A DNA stretch of 64,000 bases from an uncultured Alphaproteobacteria bacterium (GCA_902550225.1 CACCYL010000003.1:6213-70212), one strand, 5' to 3'. Shown: positions 38,632 through 47,763, counted from the stretch's first letter. Numbers and translations are program-made. Notes: generated by a model not told the origin, from the letters alone.

Positions 38632-39373
38632 TTTTCTTTAGTTTTGCTATGAGCAACCTCAAATCATTGAAATTTGAAAAGGAAAAGTCAGGAGAATTTT
38701 CGCCTTTACCTTTAACTGCCCCTTTGTGTATTTTTTGAAATGTTACAGCATTGATCGAATCTTTTGATCCTTTTATATCTGCTATTGGATCATCTCCAAT
38801 CATCCAAATTTTATCTCCTTTTGGTTGTAATTTTTCAAGTGCTAATTTAAATGATGAAAAATGAGGTTTATCAAAACCTGATTCTTCAGACGTGACAACA
38901 TAATCAAAAAACTTATCTAAATCAAAGTATACCATTTTTCTGAACTGTATTTGCGCTGTGAGGTCAGTAACAATAGCAAGGGGGATCTCGAGCAATCTTA
39001 AGTCTTCGAGTAATTCTTTAACACCTTTAAATAACAAAGCATTATTTAGAAATGTTCTCCAATAAGTTTGCTCAAACTCCAGAGTCATGAGAATCTGACT
39101 TCCAAGACCTAAAATTTCGAAAACTTTATTAATATACAAAAGTCTACTGTGCGACGATGCTGTCCCCTCCAAGTAAGATTTTACAATCTTCCTAGCCTCT
39201 ATAAATTTTTTATCAAATAATTTTGAACTAATGTTAAATTTTTCCATAAACTTTTTTTTAATAGCACTCATCGCTTTTTCATGGGCAGGTGAATAAGGAT
39301 ATAACGTGTTATCTGTGTCAAATAAAATTGCATCAGGAAGTTTTAAAATATTTATATTAGAATGTTTTTTCAT
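38618..39373 (-). CDS. HAD-superfamily hydrolase (phosphatase)
   Basis: DAILFDTDNTLY (DxDxT motif I), VTD (motif II) and IGDDPIADI (motif IV). Start set at MKKHSN (39371-39373), a TAATG overlap with the upstream gene. Confidence 0.75.
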   Translation of the reverse strand: MKKHSNINILKLPDAILFDTDNTLYPYSPAHEKAMSAIKKKFMEKFNISSKLFDKKFIEARKIVKSYLEGTASSHSRLLYINKVFEILGLGSQILMTLEFEQTYWRTFLNNALLFKGVKELLEDLRLLEIPLAIVTDLTAQIQFRKMVYFDLDKFFDYVVTSEESGFDKPHFSSFKLALEKLQPKGDKIWMIGDDPIADIKGSKDSINAVTFQKIHKGAVKGKGENSPDFSFSNFNDLRLLIAKLKKNEPK

Positions 39374-41391
39374 TATACCATTTTTTTTGTCAGTACCTGA
39401 TCTATATGAACCAAAGTAATAAGCTGAATTAAACCTTGCACCCCCCCTTCCCATTTAGGTTTAAAGTCAAGAAACTGAATTGTTTTTGGGCAGACAAATT
39501 TAGCAGACAATTCTATATCTTTTTCAGATGGCTCTCCTTCTATTGTTAATATGAATTGATCAGAATCATTTAGTTCTTTCATTTCTACATTGAGTCCACA
39601 CAAACCAATTAAAGCTCTTGACAAAGATACCTCACTTAACCAATTTCGTGAAGTTATAACCAATTTGTATTTCAATTTTGAAAAATCTATCTTATCATTA
39701 AAGTTTGCGTTAACTGGATGAAGAGAAATTATCAAATCTGCTTTTTTTGCTTGAGGCTTTATATAAATCTCTGAGTCTTTTTCTCTTCTTTTTAGACTTA
39801 CCTTCACCTCATTCACAGTGTGTCCTCGTTTACTTGAATCACGCCTTATCTTCAAAAATTTTCTCATTTTTTCGTCCATTTCAATAAAGATTGAGAGATC
39901 ATAACATTTCCTTAATATTGGGAGGTAGAGTGCGTGAAGTCCACTTACTAAAATTATATCATTGCTCTTAATTTTTTCAGGTAAACTCATTCTACCTGTT
40001 TCATGATCGTATTTTTTTTTAAAAATATTTTTACCATTTATCAAATTTATTATGTCAAGAGTTAATTGCTGTAAATTATTTGCCAGTGGATTAAGATGAG
40101 TTAAAATTTTCCACATTGGTTTTTTCCTATCCCACAAATGATAATCATCTCCAGAAATTGAAGTTACAGAATTTTTACCAAATAACTTAATTATTAAACT
40201 AACTAAATTATCTTTTCCTGAACCAGAATCACCAGAAATTCCAAGTACGAAAGGTTTTCTACTTAATTTAAAAAAATCATTTTGGTAAAAAGAATATTTG
40301 CCTATTCTCATTAATATTACAATTCCGATTGTAATTAGTGCCGTATTCAACCAAGAATAAAGTAGATTGAAATAAATAAAATCTTGATTTCCAATTTTTA
40401 GTAAATTAATTACTAAAAAAAGAACAGAAAACATCACTGAAAGTGGAATTGAAAACTTATCGTCAGTAGACTGACTTTGATAAGAAACTAAAGATAAAAT
40501 AGTCCACACATACCATCCTGGAGGAGAAGGTGTTAAAATGGTTATAAGCAGAAAGGTTCCTCCCACAATATTCATGAATAAGATAAAATTAATACGATTT
40601 ACCTGCACAACTATGTAAAATACTAAAAAATATGCTAGAGGAAATATAAAAATTTGAGCTTGTTCTTTAAAATCTAAAGCAAGGCTATAAATATTGGAAA
40701 CCTCAGGATTTTTGTAAATCATAGAGATTCCTGAAGGTGTAAATATTACGAAGGGAAGTAATAATACAATAGACCCCAAAAAAATACCCTTTAAAAAATC
40801 ATGTAATCTATGTTTGTAAACAGAATTGTTTATTATAAAAATAAAAAAGAATGGTATGACCAGAATCATGCTTATTTTGATTGAAATACTTAAGATACAA
40901 AATATTCCAGAAGCAAAAAAATTTTTTAAATTTAAAGATTGTATTGCCAATAATATAAATAGCATTGGTATGATATCGTTGTATCCAAGAAGATATACAG
41001 ACGTAAATATAATTGGTGAAAACCAGTAAATAAATAAAATGAAATTTTTATTTTGTCCTGTTAATTTTTTAATTACTAATAAAAATAAGATATCTGCAGA
41101 TAATATTGCTGCATGATAGCCAATAATCATTGGTAGATCTAAAAGCTTTATTATGAATATGAAGGGTAAAAAAAATATCCACATCCCGTATCCATATGGA
41201 AAAGCTGCTATACTTCCATTATTTTCTAACCATGTTTGCCAAGGATCTAATGAAATTTGATTTATACTTAATTCTAAAAATGGAAGGTAAAAATCTTCAA
41301 TGAGTGATTGTTCAAAGTAAATTATTAAAAAAATTTTTAAAATAAGACCAATGAAAAAAAAAGGACTTTTGATTATATTATAATCAAGCAT
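39373..41391 (-). CDS. Fusion protein: GT-C-like polytopic membrane domain plus phosphoribulokinase/uridine-kinase-family P-loop kinase domain plus about 110-aa C-terminal domain
   Basis: The first ~380 aa are polytopic (about 10 hydrophobic segments) with an early loop DPWQTWLENNGSIAAFPYGYG. Then GISGDSGSGKDN (P-loop), GDDYHLWDR, LVSGLHALY, FLKIRRDSSKRGHT and YIKPQAKKADLII, a string of motifs colinear with PRK. Start set at MLDYN. Confidence 0.6.
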   Translation of the reverse strand: MLDYNIIKSPFFFIGLILKIFLIIYFEQSLIEDFYLPFLELSINQISLDPWQTWLENNGSIAAFPYGYGMWIFFLPFIFIIKLLDLPMIIGYHAAILSADILFLLVIKKLTGQNKNFILFIYWFSPIIFTSVYLLGYNDIIPMLFILLAIQSLNLKNFFASGIFCILSISIKISMILVIPFFFIFIINNSVYKHRLHDFLKGIFLGSIVLLLPFVIFTPSGISMIYKNPEVSNIYSLALDFKEQAQIFIFPLAYFLVFYIVVQVNRINFILFMNIVGGTFLLITILTPSPPGWYVWTILSLVSYQSQSTDDKFSIPLSVMFSVLFLVINLLKIGNQDFIYFNLLYSWLNTALITIGIVILMRIGKYSFYQNDFFKLSRKPFVLGISGDSGSGKDNLVSLIIKLFGKNSVTSISGDDYHLWDRKKPMWKILTHLNPLANNLQQLTLDIINLINGKNIFKKKYDHETGRMSLPEKIKSNDIILVSGLHALYLPILRKCYDLSIFIEMDEKMRKFLKIRRDSSKRGHTVNEVKVSLKRREKDSEIYIKPQAKKADLIISLHPVNANFNDKIDFSKLKYKLVITSRNWLSEVSLSRALIGLCGLNVEMKELNDSDQFILTIEGEPSEKDIELSAKFVCPKTIQFLDFKPKWEGGVQGLIQLITLVHIDQVLTKKMV

Positions 41392-41393
41392 TT

Positions 41394-41984
41394 TTAACAC
41401 TCCCACTTTTCTGGAAATTTCGTGCATACTGCATCAAGCTTGATATTCATTGCTTCTAATTTTTTTTTTATCGCTAATATTTTTGATTTGTCATTATGAG
41501 GGTGTAGTTCAGGAGAGGCTAAACAAATTTTAAAGTTTAATTTTTTTAGATTCAAGAATTCCTCCTCTGTTAAAACTAAATTGTTAAATACATCTAACCA
41601 AATCCAAGAAACCAAGTTGCTCACCTTTTCAGCAGTAATTATAGATTCATAATCAGAAACACGAACAGCAATTTTTTTTTCTCCCTCCTTTGACTTTTTA
41701 ATTATGAAAGGAAATGATTGATCCAAAAAAAAATAATCTTTTATATCATGTTTTAATAAGAGGAATTTTATTTTATCTTCAAGTCCTTCTTCTTTAACAT
41801 TTAAAATTAACAAATTATGGTTGTAAAATCTTATCCATTTGTCAAAATTTTCGCCATTTTCATAAGGTTCGTGATTTAAAATTAAGTTTCCATTATAGGT
41901 CCTTATATCAAGTTCTACACCATATTTAGTGTCTACCTTTTTTAATTCAGCGATACTATTACATCTATGAATTACTATTTTCAT
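41394..41984 (-). CDS. PLC-like/GDPD-like phosphodiesterase family protein (tentative)
   Basis: VIHRCNS...VELDIR...LILNHEP follows the HR...ExD...H(D/E) pattern of GDPD TIM barrels. Start set at MKIVIHR. Confidence 0.45.
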   Translation of the reverse strand: MKIVIHRCNSIAELKKVDTKYGVELDIRTYNGNLILNHEPYENGENFDKWIRFYNHNLLILNVKEEGLEDKIKFLLLKHDIKDYFFLDQSFPFIIKKSKEGEKKIAVRVSDYESIITAEKVSNLVSWIWLDVFNNLVLTEEEFLNLKKLNFKICLASPELHPHNDKSKILAIKKKLEAMNIKLDAVCTKFPEKWEC

Positions 41985-42675
41985 TACTATTTTTTTTAAG
42001 TTTGAAACTGTATTGTAAAGTTCTTTTAATAAATTTAGCTTTAGAAAAAAAACCAAAATTCCAGCTAGAAGATCCAAATTTTCTTTTTTTAAAATAAGTT
42101 GGAAACCTTATTATTTTTTGTTTTTTTATGTGAGCAAAGTAAAAAACATATAAATCTAATGAAAAATCCAAAGGAGGATTTGTAAACTTGTTATAAAAAT
42201 CTCTCGAAAACATTGTAGGCTGAGCGTTAATATCATTTAAGAGTTTTCTGAATAAAATTGTTTCTAAAACACTCATTCCAAATGTAAAAAAATTATCTTG
42301 AAATGAACGACCGTATCTCAATCCTTTTACAAATATATTTTGACCATTTTTTTCTATAATACTAATAGCTTTTAATATATCATTAGGATCAGTTTGCAAA
42401 TCAGCGTGAGTCCAACCAATATAATCTCCCTTGGTGTGTTTTAATCCAAAAAGTATTCCATATCCATAACCTTTATTTTTATCAATTTTAAGAATTTGAT
42501 AATTTTTTTTTTCTTTTAGTGATTTTTTAAGAGTTTTATATGTATGGTCTGTAGATCCATTGTCGACAAATAAGATTTCTATATTTTTTTTTGAAAGCAA
42601 ATGAACGCATGAATCAATAAGTGAGTTTATAGACTTTTCTTCATTAAAGCACGGAATCACAATTGAATATTTCAT
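41965..42675 (-). CDS. Family 2 glycosyltransferase, polyprenyl-phosphate sugar synthase type (GtrB/ArnC-like)
   Basis: YSIVIPCFNEE...VDNGSTD...HADLQ (DxD-equivalent) motifs. Short soluble GT2 next to gtrA. Confidence 0.82.
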   Translation of the reverse strand: MKYSIVIPCFNEEKSINSLIDSCVHLLSKKNIEILFVDNGSTDHTYKTLKKSLKEKKNYQILKIDKNKGYGYGILFGLKHTKGDYIGWTHADLQTDPNDILKAISIIEKNGQNIFVKGLRYGRSFQDNFFTFGMSVLETILFRKLLNDINAQPTMFSRDFYNKFTNPPLDFSLDLYVFYFAHIKKQKIIRFPTYFKKRKFGSSSWNFGFFSKAKFIKRTLQYSFKLKKNSNENSNS

Positions 42676-42678
42676 AAT

Positions 42679-43074
42679 CTAAGAATTTTTAAAAACATAG
42701 TACTTCATACCAAAAAAATTTAAAATAGCAGAGCAACCAGTAGAAATAAAGAATGATAGTATAAATGTTCTTTGAAAATTATTAAAATAATGATTTATCG
42801 AACTGTTAATTATAACATTCATACACATTGAAAAAAAATATAGAATGTAAAACCTAACAAAACTCTTTTTTACATTCTTTTTGTAACGGAAAGTAATTGT
42901 TTTATTAGCAAAATAAGAAAAAAGTGTTCCAGTGAAAAAACCTACGGCTTTTGCAAAATGAATATTAAAATAATTGAGGATGAATAAATAACTACAGTAA
43001 TCTAAAAAAACAGTAAAAAAGCCAATTGGTAAAAATAAAAAAATTTGTTTTTTAACTTTACTTGTTCTTTTCAT
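42679..43074 (-). CDS. GtrA-family membrane protein (putative polyprenyl-P-sugar flippase)
   Basis: About 130 aa with 4 TM helices and FLDYCSYLFIL...FSYFANKTITF motifs. Start set at MKRTSKV. Confidence 0.8.
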   Translation of the reverse strand: MKRTSKVKKQIFLFLPIGFFTVFLDYCSYLFILNYFNIHFAKAVGFFTGTLFSYFANKTITFRYKKNVKKSFVRFYILYFFSMCMNVIINSSINHYFNNFQRTFILSFFISTGCSAILNFFGMKYYVFKNS

Positions 43075-43081
43075 TTTGTTT

Positions 43082-44683
43082 TCAATTATAGAAATCATAG
43101 TCATTTGATATTTTGTACTCGTGACCTTTCCATTTATTAAAACAAGATTGCCAATATTCAAAAGTTTTAAGTTCATTTGGAGTTCCCCACGAAACATAAC
43201 TCTCAACCTCAAATAATCTACATTTTAAACCCATTTGTATAGCATCATTTAAACATGAATCTACATAGTATTCTCCATTTACTTTACCTTGCCTTTTTTT
43301 TAATGAACTTGACGATTTAATAAAATATTTCATTTTTTTAAATGTAAATGTACCTAAAACTATAGGATAATTTTCAAATTTATTTTTTTTTTTTACGAAA
43401 ACTTTATCTACCTTATCACCAATCATCTTAAGCCAACCAAACATTTTAGGCTGTTTCATTGCTTCAGGGTAGTTTCTTATACCCCAAACAATAATATCTG
43501 TATCTTTATCATTTAATAAACTTATATATTTTTCATTATTATAAATCAGTTTACTATCACATGATGTAATAGTTATGGGTGAATTAATCAGTTCAGGTTT
43601 TTTTTTTAGAAGATAATTGATACCTATATCAATAGTACATAATTGACCACCTGTGTAACCTGAAATTAAAGCTGTTTCTGAATTTTTAAAAATTTTATTA
43701 ACTTTTTCTTGGATTTTTTGAGAGCCTTTCATTGTATTTCTTATCAAAAATAAAGTTTTTTCAAATTCTGGCAAAGCCTTTGAAGCTTGTATCACCATTT
43801 CTTTACCTGACACTTTGATCAGTGGTTTAGGAGTTCTATACTTTTCTTTTAAAAATCTTTTGCCAATTCCTGCCATTGGTATTATCAGCTCACCCTTTGT
43901 CTTAATTTTTTTTCTTTTTTTTACTAAACTAGAGAATATCCTGGACCAATATATATATTCATGAAGATCCTCAGGTGTTCCCCATTGCATAAAATATTTG
44001 ATGGGATAAATCATAATTTTTTTCTTTTTAGAAATTAGATTTTTATAACTCAGACTCACATAATATTCACCGTTAGTAATCTGATTGGATTTTTTTTGTT
44101 CTTTAAAAGCATGGATCATAGAATTACTGTCAGAAAAATAATAAGTACCTGTAGATGCATATTCTTCAATTCGATTTAGGGTAAAGCTTTTTTTTTCTCT
44201 AATATCTAAAATTTTTCTTTTATTCTCTTTGATATATGCATAATAATTTTTTCCAAGTGAATGGGGGTGAAAACCCTTGTATGAGGGAATAGCTCCTTCA
44301 CAATCTTCGTTTCGTACGAATTTTTTAAAATCATTCCAATTCCAATAACACGTAAAATCACAATAATTCACAATAGTTTGAACTCCTTTTTTTATTTCTG
44401 TTTCAGCTTGCAAAACTGTGTGAACCGGTCCAAGTTTGTGAGGATTAATTCCAATAATTTTTCCGCTTGGACAAAATTTTTTAATAACATTTTCTACATT
44501 GAATTTTTTGTTTTTTAAATGATCTTTATTACAAATAAATAAAAAATTCTTTTCTCCAGGAAACATATCAATAATGTAGGATATAATTGGCCTTCCATTA
44601 ACGTCAATCAGAAACTTTGGAATTTGATACCCATAATTTTTAAATCTATTACCAAACCCAGACATTGGAATTATAATTTGCAT
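43082..44683 (-). CDS. Tandem-domain sugar-phosphate nucleotidyltransferase-like protein
   Basis: Two internal repeats, each opening with the NTP-transferase G-loop: IIIPMSGFGNRF...PKFLIDVNGRPII and LIIPMAGIGKRF...PKPLIKVSGKEMV. Both halves end in WGTPE/WGTPN. Confidence 0.6.
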   Translation of the reverse strand: MQIIIPMSGFGNRFKNYGYQIPKFLIDVNGRPIISYIIDMFPGEKNFLFICNKDHLKNKKFNVENVIKKFCPSGKIIGINPHKLGPVHTVLQAETEIKKGVQTIVNYCDFTCYWNWNDFKKFVRNEDCEGAIPSYKGFHPHSLGKNYYAYIKENKRKILDIREKKSFTLNRIEEYASTGTYYFSDSNSMIHAFKEQKKSNQITNGEYYVSLSYKNLISKKKKIMIYPIKYFMQWGTPEDLHEYIYWSRIFSSLVKKRKKIKTKGELIIPMAGIGKRFLKEKYRTPKPLIKVSGKEMVIQASKALPEFEKTLFLIRNTMKGSQKIQEKVNKIFKNSETALISGYTGGQLCTIDIGINYLLKKKPELINSPITITSCDSKLIYNNEKYISLLNDKDTDIIVWGIRNYPEAMKQPKMFGWLKMIGDKVDKVFVKKKNKFENYPIVLGTFTFKKMKYFIKSSSSLKKRQGKVNGEYYVDSCLNDAIQMGLKCRLFEVESYVSWGTPNELKTFEYWQSCFNKWKGHEYKISNDYDFYN

Positions 44684-44685
44684 GG

Positions 44686-46281
44686 TTATTCTTGACTTTT
44701 TTTGATTAAAATAAAAATACCCCTTTGGATCTTAGAAACTGAAAGTATTTGGTAACCTTCATTTTTAATTTCTAAGGATAAACAATTTAAATTACATTCT
44801 GAAAAATATTGGCCAAACAAAGCAATTAATAAATGACTATTTTTTTCTTTTGGCCACAAAAAAGCTGAACCATAATTATCTTTCGAATAATTAAAACTTC
44901 TTAATCTTAAACATCCATTTTTATTAAAAGATTCAGTTAAAGTATTATCAAATTTATCATAGGCATAAGCGTTATTACCATAAAAATGAAAAGCTTCAGC
45001 ACTAAATGTTTCACCTCCTTCGTACAAATTAATATCGCCTAAATTTAATTCTAAGATTTTTTCCTTTACTTTGTTATTTACATCTAATTGACGGTTAAAG
45101 TATTGTTTTTGAGCATTTATTTCTTTCGAAGAAAAAAAAATAATACCTACTAAAAATAATGGAAATATAATTTTACTTTTAACATTGAGTTTGTTTTTAA
45201 AACTAAAATAGCTTAAAAGAAAAATAAAGATACACATTCCAGATGAAATATGTCTCAAACCAACGGCTCCAGATTCAATTGAAAGATTAATAGTTATTAC
45301 CTTTACCAAAAAAATAGCACTTAGACCAAAAATCAATAAGCTGGGAAAATCTTTTTTTTTTTTTTTTGAAATTATTTGTGAAGAAAATTTTATGGAAAGA
45401 GAAATTAAATTTATAATCAGTAATGTTAGGAATATAATAAATATTGAAAATGATATATTTGAATATTCAAAAAATTTAAAAAAAAAATCTGAAAGATTTT
45501 CAAATTCACTTTTAAGATGAGAAGATGGTGCATTAAAAAATAAATTTTTTATCAAACCTTGAGTCTCACCAAGAGCGGAAATACAAAAAATAATAAAGCT
45601 AGAAATACAATAAAATATAAATTTCAATAAATATTCTTGTCGTTTATTTTGTAATTCAAAACAAATCAAAGTTACAATTCCAAACATACTAATAATAATT
45701 ATTGGTAAAATAGATAATTTTGTTGAAATTCCAGCACCATAAAAGATTGCCAACACTAAAAAATCTTTCAAAGAAATTAAATGAGGTTTATTAATTAATG
45801 AAAAAGTCTTGGTTAATATTACTACACATAAAGGAATTACAAATGAATCAGCACCATAACATGTTAAATAATACCAAAATGGAGGCCAAAAAATCAAAGC
45901 TGTCAAAGAGAGAAAAAATTTTATTTCTTCATTAAATTCTTTAGTCTTAGTATAAAAATAAAACAGTGAAAAAGAATAAGCCAATGCAACTACGTAGTAT
46001 GATACATTAAATATGGTTTGACTTGATAATATAGGATCATTAAAAAAAATTATAATAAATGAGAGCAAAAAAGTTGGGACTATCCCAGGATGATTTACAA
46101 CCGTTTTATCAAAACTCAAAAATTCTCGAAAAGATAAAGCTTTATAAAAGTAGTCTGCTTGTAAATCTGTTTGTCTAATAAAAAAAATAGAGAAATCAGA
46201 ATTTACAACATATGTAACGTAGGTTGTGAAAATAGTTATAAATAATAGAAGAATTTTATATTTTGAAAAAATTGGAAGCAT
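44686..46281 (-). CDS. Polytopic membrane protein, GT-C-like glycosyltransferase or polymerase (tentative)
   Basis: About 11-13 TM helices followed by a roughly 150-aa soluble C-terminal domain. First gene of the island operon. Confidence 0.45.
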   Translation of the reverse strand: MLPIFSKYKILLLFITIFTTYVTYVVNSDFSIFFIRQTDLQADYFYKALSFREFLSFDKTVVNHPGIVPTFLLSFIIIFFNDPILSSQTIFNVSYYVVALAYSFSLFYFYTKTKEFNEEIKFFLSLTALIFWPPFWYYLTCYGADSFVIPLCVVILTKTFSLINKPHLISLKDFLVLAIFYGAGISTKLSILPIIIISMFGIVTLICFELQNKRQEYLLKFIFYCISSFIIFCISALGETQGLIKNLFFNAPSSHLKSEFENLSDFFFKFFEYSNISFSIFIIFLTLLIINLISLSIKFSSQIISKKKKKDFPSLLIFGLSAIFLVKVITINLSIESGAVGLRHISSGMCIFIFLLSYFSFKNKLNVKSKIIFPLFLVGIIFFSSKEINAQKQYFNRQLDVNNKVKEKILELNLGDINLYEGGETFSAEAFHFYGNNAYAYDKFDNTLTESFNKNGCLRLRSFNYSKDNYGSAFLWPKEKNSHLLIALFGQYFSECNLNCLSLEIKNEGYQILSVSKIQRGIFILIKKSQE

Positions 46282-46415
46282 TTAAAACTCTTAAACTATC
46301 ATCTGATGTTAGAAACAGAAACTTTATCTAAAAAGCTGAAACAAAATTAGTTTAGCCTTAACAATTATGGGGCGCAAGAGGAATCTTAGTTGTTTATTAA
46401 AGATTTTAAAAAAAA

Positions 46416-46437
46416 GTGTGATAACTTAGTGTTATAG
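46416..46437 (+). repeat. Phased direct repeats GTGTGATAA (46416-46424) and GTGTTATAG (46429-46437)
   Basis: Same 13-bp phasing. The distance from the second repeat to the tRNA fragment is identical to the 34.4-kb unit. Confidence 0.8.
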
Positions 46438-46484
46438 TAAAATTTATCTGAATTTAAATCAACAACTTACTCACCAACTCAACT

Positions 46485-46541
46485 GATTCAAAATCCCTTG
46501 AACTTCGGTTCATGTCCGTTCGAGCCGGACTAGCGGTACGA
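46485..46541 (+). repeat. Copy of the 3' 57 nt of tRNA-Leu(CAA); att-like remnant 2
   Basis: 53/57 identical to 33337-33393, with differences at 46497, 46525, 46534 and 46540. It shares the C at the 33349-equivalent position with the 34.5-kb copy. Confidence 0.88.
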
Positions 46542-46562
46542 TTGTTTAAAAAACAAAAATAA

Positions 46563-47660
46563 TTATATGGAGTTTTTAGTTTTAAAAATATTTAAGACAT
46601 ATTTACCTATTTGAATAGATGATGTTAAGCCGGGTGATTCAATTCCAAATAAATTAATTATAAAAGAATCGTTATCAAGTTTTTTAGTAACAAATGAAAA
46701 GTCATTATTTGTATGTTTTGGTCTAATTCCACAATAGTTATAGTTTAAATTCCTATTTTTGACTTCAGGCCAGTACTTAGATATCGAATTTAAAAATTTT
46801 TTTTTTATATTTTTAGTTACATTAAAATCAATTTCCTCTACTTCAACTGTATCAGGACCGAAAATTGTAACACCATCAAGATTTATAGTTGAGTGGATTC
46901 CTAATCCGTTTTTTTCAGGTAGCGGATAAATTAATTTTTTGAAAGGTGATTTTCCTGATAAAGACAAATAATTTCCTTTTACATATCTAATTACAGGTAT
47001 GTCATCAACATTAATACCATCAATTTTTTTGGCTATAAGATGGCTGTACAACCCTGTAGAGTTAATTATAGATTTTGTTTTTACTTCCTTGTTTTTATCT
47101 TTTTTTAAGAAAAAAGAAATATGATTAGTTTTATTAACACTATGAGAAAACTCCGAATTAAAACTTACTACCCCACCATTATTTTCAATATCGGTTACAA
47201 AATTAAGCATTAAATCGTGAATGTCAATTATACCCGTTGTTCTTGAGAGCAAACCTATTTCGCCAACTAACTCGGGTTCAAGCTCTTTAAGATGCCTTTG
47301 CGAAAGTTTTTCCAAAATTAAGCCATTTCTTTCAGCATTTAGAATTATTTGATTAAGTTTTTTTTCTTCCTTTTTGCTAGTTGCAACAATTATCTTACCA
47401 CAATTTGAAAATTCAATACCTCTTTCTTTTGCATATGAATACAAGCTAACATTTCCGGCTGCACAAAACTTATTTTTAAAACTATAATGGGGATAATAAA
47501 TTCCAGCGTGAATTACACCACTATTTCTAGAACTATTTTCTTGACCAAATGAACTATTCTTTTCAACTACTAGAACTTTTTTACCTGATAAAGTAAGTTC
47601 CCTTGCAATTGATAATCCAACGACACCACCACCAATGACTGTAACTTCAAAATCAACCAC
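46563..47660 (-). CDS. FAD-dependent oxidoreductase, L-2-hydroxyglutarate oxidase (LhgO/YgaF)-like
   Basis: VTVIGGGVVGLSIARE..VLVVEK..SSRNSGVIHAGIYY N-terminus. C-terminal ESPGLTSS. Confidence 0.72.
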   Translation of the reverse strand: MVDFEVTVIGGGVVGLSIARELTLSGKKVLVVEKNSSFGQENSSRNSGVIHAGIYYPHYSFKNKFCAAGNVSLYSYAKERGIEFSNCGKIIVATSKKEEKKLNQIILNAERNGLILEKLSQRHLKELEPELVGEIGLLSRTTGIIDIHDLMLNFVTDIENNGGVVSFNSEFSHSVNKTNHISFFLKKDKNKEVKTKSIINSTGLYSHLIAKKIDGINVDDIPVIRYVKGNYLSLSGKSPFKKLIYPLPEKNGLGIHSTINLDGVTIFGPDTVEVEEIDFNVTKNIKKKFLNSISKYWPEVKNRNLNYNYCGIRPKHTNNDFSFVTKKLDNDSFIINLFGIESPGLTSSIQIGKYVLNIFKTKNSI

Positions 47661-47763
47661 TCATCAAACTTTACATATAATTAGTAAGATTCAAAGATAA
47701 ATTATAATTATATGTGAGGATTATAAATTTCATAAACCTATATTACAGAAATGATGATGTAAC

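Noticed and set aside
47701-47745. Possible fourth GTGTGATAG-like block (TATGTGAGGATTATAA) upstream of the degenerate tRNA fragment
   Set aside because: It matches only about 6 of 9 positions, has no second phased copy, and cannot be distinguished from background.
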